Shown in pieces: positions 12,168-22,973 of a DNA stretch of 64,000 nucleotides. The notes under the pieces were generated by a model, which worked only from the letters and a program-made list of their open reading frames with translations, was not told where the DNA came from and searched no databases. The stretch's first letter is position 1. Each line of letters opens with the position of its first letter. Source of the stretch: Selaginella moellendorffii (taxonomy: Eukaryota > Plantae > Lycopodiophyta); assembly GCF_000143415.4 (NCBI RefSeq), contig NW_003314269.1, forward strand, positions 1,220,623 to 1,284,622. The letters are read 5' to 3'. The position numbers and the translations under genes are program-made.

Positions 12168-14384
12168 ATGGCGGCCACGGCGCCGGCGTTCCAGCTCGCG
12201 CCGCGCTGCCCGTCCGGCCGGATTTCGCGATCAGCGCGGGGGCGCGCGATTCTGATCAATTGCTGTGCGGATCGTAGCAGCAATGGGAGTGTAGCTACAT
12301 GGCCGCGGATCGAGCAGGAGCATTCCAATGCGGTGATCAGGGCGTCGGCGGAGTCGCTGCAGTACGAAGCTGGATTTCTAGGTGGGATTTCGGAGAAGAC
12401 GAGGCTTGGTGGATCTAGCGAGAGGGATTCCATGGCCTACTTGACGAAGATCTTGACGGCTAATGTGTATGATGTGGCGATCGAGTCGCCACTGGAGCCG
12501 GCGGTGAAGCTGAGCGAAAAGCTTGGTGTCCAGGTTTTGCTCAAGCGAGAGGATCTCCAGCCGGTAGAGTTCTTGCAAAACTTTTCCATGGTAGACTCAC
12601 TTTGGATCGTCAGGTTTTTTCTTTCAAGCTGCGAGGGGCGTACAATATGATGGTCCAGCTCACAAAAGAGCAACTTGACAAGGGAGTGATCTGCTCTTCC
12701 GCGGGAAACCACGCGCAAGGAGTTGCACTGTCCGCTCAAAGGCTTGGTTGCGATGCGGTCATAGCGATGCCTGTCACAACACCAGAAATCAAGGTAAGAT
12801 CCTTTCTTTTTCAGAGATAATCGAACAGCGTTATTGTGAGTTGCAGTGGCAATCAGTCAAGCGTCTCGGTGCCACCGTTGTACTCGTCGGTGATTCATAC
12901 GATGAAGCTCAAGCGTATGCAAAGCAACGGAGCCTGGAGGAAGGACGGATTTTTATTCCACCCTTCGATAATCCAGAGATAATTGCTGGCCAGGGAACTG
13001 TCGGCATGGAGATCGTTAGACAACACCAAGGGCCGCTCCATGCAGTTTTCGTTCCAGTTGGAGGAGGGGGACTTATAGCTGGTATAGCGGCCTATATGAA
13101 ACGCATAAGACCTGAAGTAAGTCGATTTGCAGTCTTAGCTACTATTTGTTCGTGTTCTAACTTTTGCTTTCTGTCCAGGTTCAAATAATTGGAGTTGAGC
13201 CCACGGATGCCAACGCCATGGCATTGTCCCTCCACCACGGAACTCGGGTGCAGCTAGATCACTGTGGGATTTTTGCAGATGGTGTCGCCGTAAAGCTCGT
13301 TGGAGAAGAGACATTCAGGCTTTGCAGGGAATACGTGGATGGCATTGTCCTTGTGAGCCGTGATGCCATTTGTGCTGCTATCAAGGTAAGCTGTATCGCA
13401 TGCTTGCGAGTCCAACTCTAACTAAGAAAACATATGGAAATCGTTGGTTTTTAGGACATGTTTGAAGAGAAGAGAAGCATTCTAGAACCTGCGGGAGCTT
13501 TGGCAATTGCTGGTGCCAAGGCGTACTGTAACTACTATGGTTTGAAAAAGGAAGCAGTGGTTGCTGTTACTAGTGGTGCAAACATGAACTTTGACAGGCT
13601 AAGGATTGTAACGGAGCTTGCCGACGTCGGTGCTTCTAAGGAGGCTGTTCTTGCGATTATCATGGCGGAAATACCTGGATCGTTCAAGAGACTCGTTGAA
13701 GAAGTGAGTCTTTCAATTTCCTATGTTTGATTGATGCTAATATCGTTTTGCAGGTCGGGCCTGTGAACATCACTGAGTTTCGATATCGCTATTCTGATTC
13801 GCGAACAGCCCTTGTCCTCTGCAGGTATGTGTCTCTCAATCTCGCGGCTGCCACTAACAAGCATTGTCTCAGCGTGAGTGTTCACAAGGAGCAAGAGCTT
13901 CAGGCTTTGAAACGGCGATTGAAAGAGGCCGGTCTTATGGTAATTGACATGACTTCGAATGACCTTGTCAAGGATCATCTCCGGCATTTGGTAAGCATCC
14001 TCTTCACAGATGTGATCTTTCTATACAGTTACTCTTGTTTTGTAGATCGGTGGCCGCGCCATTCTCAAGGACGAGCTCTTGTACCGATTTATATTTCCAG
14101 AGAGGCCCGGGGCGCTGAGAAAATTTCTGGACACGTTTACACCACGCTGGAACATCAGTCTCTTCCATTACAGGGCGCAGGTGAGCTTGATCTTTGGTTT
14201 GCTCGTGCTTTTGTGGGTTTGACGCTGCGCCGCCTTGCAGGGCCAAGTTGGGGCCAACGTTTTGATCGGCATCCAGGTCCCTCCGGAAGACGAGCAAGAG
14301 TTCAAGCGCTGTGCCGTAGAATTGGGCTACGAGTTCCAAGACGAGTGCAAAAACGAAGCTTTTCAGCTCATGATGTCCACATGA
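12168..14384 (+). CDS. OMR1: Biosynthetic threonine dehydratase (deaminase), chloroplastic
   Basis: [17 protein letters not shown]|[49 protein letters not shown] regulatory domains. Confidence 0.95.
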
Positions 14385-15249
14385 GATGGCTCCAAGGTTT
14401 TTGTGTTCACAGTAAATGTTTTCGTGAACTTCAGGCAATTGTTGGGTGTTGTGTGTGCTTCCAGCGTCTTGCTTGATCGAACTAAAGAAAAACTTCGTTT
14501 CTCCTCTCAAATGATCTTCGCGTTTGTTTGAATCGAAAATCCCATTTAAACTCTTTCCCGCCAATGTGTGGTTTAGGGTTTGCTAGGGTTTGGCGGTCGA
14601 GAGTGTAGCAGATCGAGCAGGACAATTCGCTGTGGCGCAAGCTCAGAACGAAGTGGAGAAGTTTCCAGTCTCTTCGGAAATGCATGGTGTCTCGCTTTGA
14701 GGATGATCGCGATGGGAGCGAGAGAGGATCTTGACTGAATCAGGTAAGCTCTAGTCGCAAATTTTCTTTCTTGATCTCGTTTTGATTCAGGGGAACAGTC
14801 GCAATGGAGATTCGTTTGAACCCAGTTGGAGGTTGCTGGTACATGAAGTAGGACGAAGTAAGTATTGTTGTAAGTATTTTCTTTAGGCTATCACCACGTT
14901 CAAGTGAATAGTTGCCGAGTTGATGCTCGTAAGGAAACTGGAAAAATCTTATGATTATTATTCTACCTGCATGTAAGTGAGAATGAGAATTCTTCCCCCT
15001 TTTTTTTCATGCTATGCACGAGTTTTATTTCTTTTCACAGTTCGATTCTTCCGCACTGCGACCCCACTGTAAAGGAGGATTCGCCAGTGGGTTGCTCGTC
15101 AAATCAAAAATTCATTTCTCACAGGCTAAGCCGGAATTTTGCCGATCCCGTCCTGGAACAAGAAAAACAGAAGTGATTAAAGCTAATGTTTTGCAGAACT
15201 GAATTTTCTATTTTGTTGTTCCAGGTGTTTGTCTCTTGGTTTTCTGTTG

Positions 15250-15623
15250 CCATTGCCTCAGCGTGAGCATAAAGAGCAAGAGCTCCAGGCCGCGGGACTT
15301 GACTCTGTGTCAAAGATGATCCTTGCCATTTGGTAAGCATCCTACGTCTTCTTTACCTCTGCCTGATGAGCTATTATACCAAAAGAAGTCGTTAACCATG
15401 TTTACATACACCAGGTTGGATTGTAACTTCGGCAATTTTTTTTCTTTTTTCACTGCAGCCCGCAAGTAGACTTGCTCCTGTGAATTTTTTTCCTACTCTT
15501 TTGGCTTGACTCTGCCAACGTGATGGTCAGGAAACGAGCAGGAGTTTTTAAGCGCTGCGCCGTTGAACTGGTTCCAAGTCGAGTGCAAGAAAGAAGCTTT
15601 TTTAGCTCATGATGTCCACATAA
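15250..15623 (+). pseudogene. Degenerate duplicate of the last exons of the threonine dehydratase gene
   Basis: ctcagcgtgag..gagcaagagctccaggc, catttggtaagcatcct, gatgagctattatacc, agcgctgcgccgttgaactgg and agctcatgatgtccacat match 13868-14382 in order, with deletions. Confidence 0.8.
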
Positions 15624-16033
15624 CACGGAGCAGCGCATGCATTTTACTCACGTTATCAGGTACCGGTTTTTATGCTGTCGAGCTGGGTACTTGTGAATTT
15701 GTATTTATCACCGCTTTTCCTTTCAAGGCTGGCAGCAAAGTTTTTCGTTAACTCCATTCTCCAGGCGAGTAAATAACAGAACTTTTTGTACCGCAGGTGG
15801 GAGAGCTTTACTGCTTCGTTATTCAAGGTGATCCTCTCACGGACTATTGTACAACGGGTACACTGTCGAAGATTCAAACTTTCAAGTCAGGGGCGTGTGC
15901 GTAAGACGACGCCTGGTGACAGAATCGACGACCGACTGTGGACAGAAACAGCATCGAACTGAGCCGTGCAGCGGGGACGAGAAAAGAAAGACAGAAAAAA
16001 AAAATTCAAGTGGTGGTGGAATTAGAAGCGGTT

Positions 16034-17282
16034 TTACATGTCATCGAGGATGGCAGCCAGCCTCTGGAGCTCCTCTTGGCAAGAGTGTGGGTAGCGGACG
16101 CCTTCCTCTTGAGGCTGGTGCTGGCTTTCAACAAAGGCTGGGTGCGAACGCCAGGGATCATGTGAACTTGAGGCATTGGCGACGGTCACGGGGTGCTGAG
16201 CAGCACCAAGAGCCGCAGAGTGGCTCCATTGCTGGAAGTAACTCGGCGAGCAGGCCGACTCGTCGTCGAGGAAGCTGCTGGGGCCGTTGATGATCTCCCA
16301 CAGGGACGGCGACGATGAGACTTCCCGCTTCACGCATGCAACAGTTGTACTCGTGGATTGCTGCTGCTGCTCGCTGGAGTCCGTCTCCTGCTTTTGGAGA
16401 CAGCACGGGAGCTGTGCTGCGGCCTCTGGCTGCGGGAAGCGAGGGGGAGGCATGAGCATTGCCAGTTGCTGCCAGGAACTCCCGGAGGAAGAAGAAGAGG
16501 AAGCGGACGAGGAGGGTGGCACGACCAGATACTCGTGAGCGGAGGTGTCAGCGCCTGGCATCTCCTGGACGAGCAGGTTCATCATGGTCTCCGCTAAGTT
16601 CTCCTGCGCTTGCTGACTGCTGGTGAATTGGATGGTCGCAGGTGTGGACGAGGATGGCGACGCGGCCTGCGACGCCTCCTCGGTGACGCAGCTCAGGCCG
16701 CTGGCGGTGCTGCTGCTGATGGCCTGATGAGTCATTGGATCGATCCCCATCTGCCGGAGCTTCTTCTTGATCCTGGTGTTCCAGTAGTTTTTTATCTCGT
16801 TGTCCGTCCGGCCGGGGAGCTGTGCCGCAATGCGAGACCACCTGAGACACAAAATTTCATGCCAACCGGTGACTATGCTTTTCAAAGCTCGTTTTTGGAT
16901 TTCTCCTGATAGATGGTACCTGTTTCCCATGACAGCGTGCAGATCGATGATCATCTGCTCCTCTTGCTCCGTGAGAACACCGCGTTTGAGATCGGGGCGG
17001 AGATAATTCGTCCACCGCAAGCGGCAGCTCTTTCCGCAGCGTAGGAGTCCTGCGAATTTCGTCGAGTGAGAGATGAGAGATCGATCAATTCAGCTACAAA
17101 GAGGTAAGGTTTTGTTCCTTTTTCTCTTGGCAATGCCTTCTTTGCTTACCAGCTAGCTTAGGAACTGCACGCCAGCATCCGTGTCCATGGCTGGTGATGT
17201 AGTGTATGAGCTTCCTGTCCTCCTCTGCAGTCCATGGCCCCTTTTTAAGTCCTACTTTCTCACAGCATGGCTGCCTTCCCAT
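16034..17282 (-). CDS. R2R3-MYB transcription factor (MYB20/42/43/85-like)
   Basis: [30 protein letters not shown]|[26 protein letters not shown]|[37 protein letters not shown]; two canonical introns. Confidence 0.95.
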
Positions 17283-17911
17283 GGCTAGATAGAGGGGAAG
17301 AACTAGAAGAGAGGGAAGAGGTGGAGTGATGAATTCTACTATGAATTGTTCGAGTCTTTCGTACTTTGAGAGACTGGGAGAGAAAGAATTGCTTGCTCGC
17401 GATCGACGATACTTTTTTAATATTCGTCTTCTGTCTTCTCGCAGAAGATTAAATGACGCAAACGGACAGCAGCAGCAGCAGCGGCATTGAATCTAGCAAG
17501 GCTCGAGTCAGAGAGAAAGAGCATGGAGGAGGAATGGGTTGATTCGTGGAGAGCGGGGGAGGAGGGGGATATTACCCGAGTGCCAGGAAAAATGCCTAAA
17601 GGAAGAACACGAGACCACCGGATTTATATACATACTCCATTAAAGGCGATCATCTCTTTGCTGATTGATTGATCCGCGAGCTATTTAACCGGGTAAGCAG
17701 CATTTTCTTTTCCTCTCTCTCTCTTTCGTTGCGTAGATAATCACTCTCGACGATCATTCTCTCTTGTGCATATAGTTTTTCCGCTCCAGCGCGACGTTGA
17801 CAGAGACGAGACGAAAGGAAGGATTGGCACACACTACTCGAAGGTGGATTATTCCATCTATAAGTAGTGTGGGCTTATTCCTCTCTGGAGTTCTCGATGA
17901 CAAGCTCGCGA

Positions 17912-17945
17912 AAAAGAAGAAGAAGAAGAAGAAGAAGAAGAAAAA
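17912..17945 (+). repeat. (AAG)n microsatellite
   Basis: aagaagaagaag run. Confidence 0.9.
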
Positions 17946-19183
17946 TGTGTCGGCTGAGCATGACAGATCCAAGCGATTGATGTAAACACCGGCCCCTTTG
18001 ATTACAAGCAAGGCAATTGCGGGGGCGAGCAGGAGATTCGTTGCGAAGATGCTACAAGAAGAATAGGATGTTCTAGAATACACATAGATTGATCAAAACT
18101 GGAGAAGCTTAATTGTTTGTTTGCATTCGCGCATATAATAACTGGAGCCAACGTGGGCCATGGTGAAATTATAAAAGCGTGCACCGTCCGCGTGGGGGTA
18201 TATGCGACAAGATGCCCCCAGTACCGTACGAGAGAGAGAAAAGGTGGTGGGCATGGGCATGGGGGAAAGAATGAATGGCAGCATAGCTTTTAGATTGTGT
18301 GGTGTGGTGCTAAAATGGAGGAGAAAAGAGAGTGAAGAGACCCCACGCCTTTGAGATGGCATCATGGGCTGCTGATGATGCCATGCATGGCGTGCACGCA
18401 TCATTTCACATACGCAACTTTGAAGGGGTTTGTTGTTTGTTTGTACAAGGAGGAACTGTCCAGTGTGTTTGATGTTGAAGCTCCAACTTCCATCTTTTCC
18501 ATCTTCCATCTCTTCCATCCTCCATCCAGCCAGAGAGGGGTCTACTAGCAAAATAAATTCGATTAAACTTGGCTTGTGATGCAATAGTCTAGAGACATGG
18601 AGCTCAAGATTCCATGATCGACAACAATTCCCCATAGTTGGTTGTTTCGTTTCTCTCTTGGAAGTCACTCTCTCGATCCAGCTTGGAACGGGGTCTCTCT
18701 CTCTCTCTCTCTCGCGCGCGCGGTTATCCCTGTAGCAAGCTCGAGATGCTTAGCTTGGACGAGTCCTTGCGACAGAGGCTGGACGAATGCTCGCGTCGCG
18801 TCTCTGCGCGTTACACTTTGTCGTCCAGTCTTGCGTCAGGAGTAGACATACGGAAGAATCACAAGGACGCCAGGCCGGAGTGAGAGCAAAAAGAGAGGAA
18901 AAGAATCGTGTAAGGACATGACAAGCGCATAGCTAACGGCCATGCTTATGTCATACTGTGACGCTTATCAGTAGTACACAGCTTATGTGGAGAGAGAGAC
19001 GACACTATGGTGAGAAAAAAGAAAAAGACGAAGGATGAGAGATGAGAGACGAAAGACGAAGACGAGAAAGAAAAAAAAAAGAGAAACGCTCGAAGTTTCG
19101 GAGAGAGGAAGAGTTTTTTTTACCTCTCAAGAAGCTGCGAATGATGATGGCGTCCCACGTTGGTACGTCTCGCCGGCTATTTC

Positions 19184-21894
19184 TCAGGCGTCCACTCGGA
19201 GCTGATCGTCGAGAGAAGCGATCTCTTGGAAGAAAGCTCGGAAGTGGCGGAAGGCGGCGTCAATATCTTCCGTGCCGCACATCTCTCGCACGCTGCAAAG
19301 CCCCCAGAGAGTCAGCCAGCGCGAAAGATATAATTCCCAATCATGGAGCAAACCTGTGCATCGCGAGCTGTGGAAGACCGCAATCCACCAAACGGATGCC
19401 ATATCCTGCCGCCAGCACTGAATCGATGGTCGAGCAGCATCCAACGTCACTGACCACGGAATAGTTCTGCGCGCAAGAGAAAGCGTTAAAAATGAGAGAC
19501 ACAGAGCGTGGACGAGTCGAGGCTGACCTGTGTCGGAATACAATTCCGCTTGGCGACCTCCTTGAACAGAAACGCAGAGATCGCGTCTGTCGCATTGTTC
19601 TGTGTTAGATTGTGTTTGATTACGAGACCGTCGTGGAGTTTTGGCTGGTTGTGCTCCACATCATTCTCGGCATTGTTGGGATGCAAAGCATGAGCCATGT
19701 CTGCAGATACTGCCACACAACACAAGGAAAAGAAAAGAACAAAAAGTTAAACACAACCCTTCCTCAGACTCTGTATGATGCGTACCAACAAACGAGCGTC
19801 GGATTGCTCGCTCTACAACGCCTTCGCTTGTAGAACCGCGAGCCAGCCATCGTGATATCCTCATCATGGCCTGGAACATGGTCTGTGGACCAGCTCCTTG
19901 AACGGCTTCTGATCCAACCTGAAATCTCCCATGTAAAGTCAAAGTTCGAAAAAAAGAAATACAAAAACAATACCTCTCCATTGTCGAAGAGTGCAACCAT
20001 GCGGATGTAATCCTCATCCAGCATCGACAGCGGTTCAGAAGACGTATCCAGCAGAGCCCAGAGAGCGCAGAAAGCCGACGCCAGGTTGTCCAGCCTTCCC
20101 GAAAACACAAACTCTTGACGAGCACCTCCGATGCATGCAGGCTGAGTGTCGTAAATGCTCAGCTCAAAATCCGCGATTTCACTGACATCGCAGTGAAGCT
20201 CGTCTGCGAGCACCTGAAAAAGTGTGACTGGCTGAATGCCAGGGCAAAGAGTTACCTGCAAAAGAAGAGGGTGGTGGACGTCGTTGCTTTGGTTTCCTTC
20301 ATGCTCACCCGGCGACTCCGAGTCACAAGAAACAGCCAGTTCTGCTTCAATTTGAGTAGCAAGGACTGGAGCTAGTTGGGACTCCAAATCTTGCTTCATA
20401 CTGTCTGACCTGTAGAGAAAATAGTTTGAGCAAGAGTGTCAAGAAAGACGAGACAGACCTGTCCATATGAAACGCCAAACTCGGGATCCGCAATATTGGC
20501 CTTCGAACACGAACAAGATCATGAATAAGCTCTCCATTTTTTGTTCTACGTAAAACCCGCCCGGCGACACTTAAATCCCTGTCAAACCAGGTATTCCATA
20601 GTCCAGTCCCATAAGCTTGGACTCTAACACGTAGAAAACCACCTTTAGTAGCCGCAGATACTGGTTTAAGCTTTGGACAGGGACTATCTGTATGAGCAGC
20701 CAATACATGAAAGCCACCACCGGGTTTATACCTGCACATTGACATCAAGCCATGCATTAGTAAATGGAAAAGGAACAAAGATGAGAAGAAGATGCGTACT
20801 TCCGACCAATGGCGAAAGCAAATATCGAGGACATATTTCGCGTGAAGAAATAGCGACCACCTGGCTGTAACTCCCACTCTTCACACTCGTTCAGCTGCTG
20901 GAAGCCTGATTCCAGCAAATGCCTCCTTGCCTCCACTGATATAAGTAAAACCCCGCATCAGTACCGGGAGAGAACTTACACGAAGTCACCAGATGGTGCT
21001 CTCACAAGTGGCATGAAAAGGTGTCGTAGAGTTGTTCAAGAACTCTATGAGATTTGGAACAACTGATAACGCGTCGCGACCAAGGAGAGCCTGGAGAAAA
21101 ACAAAACAAGGTGAGTAAGAAACAAGATCCAGTCGCGAAACAATACCTGCCTTTTCCGGAAAAAAACCTCTCTGATGGCTCGGCCCAGCGCCAGCCAAGA
21201 AGCGAAGATCGGCCATGGTGGGAGTCGGCTGCGAGAGCGCCAAGTTTGGGTGAACCTCGGCCTGGAAGCTACTTTCATCCACATCGACACCTTCCGGCTG
21301 CTTGGCATCACCATTCACTCCATCGTAGTGCACGTCCCCGGATCCTCCGAGCATGGCCATCCCATTCCCGAGCTGTGGAGACGCGAGCAAGGTCCGGGGC
21401 AGCCCCAGAGCAGTGGTGGCGGACGACTCCCTCGCGCGCTTGGGCCTCTTGGCGTTCTTCTGTGGACAATTCACGCACATCGCCTCCCCGGTCTTGGCTC
21501 GGCAGTGCCAGCAGTAGAGATTTGGTATCTGGATCCACTTCCCCTGGATCTCGTCAAGCTGGAAGAAGCTCTTGAGATCCACGTTGAGGTGGCGATTGAT
21601 GCAAAACCGGCAAAACCACCGCCTCCGGCGCTCCCCCTTGGTGTTGGAGTGGCCCGAGCAGTCGGGCGCCGGGCAGATGAAGAGGCCGCCGAATTGCCGG
21701 GTGGAGTTCTTCACCTTCCTGGAGATCCAGTCGCGAGGCCAGCCCTCACCGCGCTCCAGCTGCTTGGCCGCCTCGGCTGGAGTGGTGGTGTGGTGGTGCG
21801 TGCACCAGTGGCACGCCGCGCGGAGCTCCGTGTTGAGCTTGTTCCACAGGCCGTCGTCAATGAGGAAGGACGGCGCGCGCAGCACCTCCTCCAT
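19184..21894 (-). CDS. Cys-rich zinc-finger + NLS fused to an M18 aspartyl-aminopeptidase-like domain (catalytic Glu substituted)
   Basis: ORF 21894-20986 has five Cys pairs and runs without a stop into LIEFLNNSTTPFHA; downstream exons AHTDSPC, WFDRDLSVAGR, SGRLDNL, FDNGE|VGS, SADMAHALHPN, QLAMH|SVREMCG. Confidence 0.8.
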
Positions 21895-22255
21895 TGGGCC
21901 GAGAGAAAATATTTTCTTGTTCTTTGATTCTTCTTCCCTGATCGATCGATCGGAGAAGAAGAGGGATCTTTGCTGCTGCTACCAGTCGCGAAATTCCGCG
22001 CAGAATTCCGTTTGCTGCTGGATTTGCCACGCGAAGACGCTGCTCGTCGCAGTCCAGAGGCTCCCGGAAGGCGGCAATGCCATTCTTCTTGGCGCCGGGA
22101 GAGAAGATCTGGAGCGCGCTTACCTATAATGCGGTCATGGAATCCGCGTCTAGCCGGATTGAAGCGCTGCACTCCAGCCCAGAGAAGAGATCCAAGAACC
22201 CTAAAATCCTGGGAACATATTTTAGGGCTCCAGAGTTCTTGGAGAAGAGAATCGC

Positions 22256-22924
22256 ATGGCGGCCGCGGTGAAGGAGCTCCAGCGGCAGCTGGAATTGCGA
22301 GCGTCTGAGCTCAACAAGATTCAGAAAGGTATGGTGATCGCGATCGCGATTGTTGCAGGGATTCCAGCTCTAACAAGACCGATCGGGCGATACAGACATT
22401 AGCAAGAATCACCAAGTGAGGAGGCAGTACACGATCCAGCAAGGGGAGAATGAGATGGTGATCAAGGTCCGTGCTTAGGAATCGCATTTCTCTTCTAGAA
22501 CTTGAAAGTTTCTTCTCGTGAATCATGCTTGCCAGGAACTAGAGCTTCTCAAAGAGGACGCCAATGTGTTTAAGCTCATTGGACCAGTGCTCGTGAAGCA
22601 AGACCTGGTGGAAGCCAAGGCCAACGTGAACAAGCGCATCGAGTATATCACAGGAGAACTGTCAGTCCAAGCACATCCTCCATAGCTCGGAGCTTTCTTC
22701 TCACTTTTTCTTTTCTCTTTTCTTTTCCTCATAGGAGGAGACTTGACGGATCATTGAAAAGCCTAGAGGATCAACAAGGCTCCAAAAGAGAAGAGGTAGA
22801 GCATTGCAAAATCTTTGTTCTTCTCGTTTTCTTTTCCAATCAAACTCCTTTTTTTTCTCTCGTCTTTCAGGTTCTAAAGTTGCAGCAACGCTTGCAATCG
22901 AGTAAAGCTAAAGCCTCAGCGTGA
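22256..22924 (+). CDS. PFD6: Prefoldin subunit 6
   Basis: DISKNHQVRRQYTIQQGENEMVIK|ELELLKEDANVFKLIGPVLVKQDLVEAKANVNKRIEYI. Confidence 0.93.
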
Positions 22925-22973
22925 GCGATTGTCAATGGAAAAAGAGAAAAACTGTTTGGCAAATCGGCACACT

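Noticed and set aside
18356-18384. Hairpin ATGGCATCAT/ATGATGCCAT (and similar ones near 18915, 33560, 47850) as miRNA precursors
   Set aside because: Stems are 10 bp or shorter, and I recognise no mature miRNA
18093-19464. ORFs upstream of the MYB
   Set aside because: Low-complexity promoter/intergenic sequence with no coding signatures
21175-22129. Plus-strand ORFs of 173-250 aa
   Set aside because: Antisense to the GC-rich zinc-finger exon; low-complexity translations
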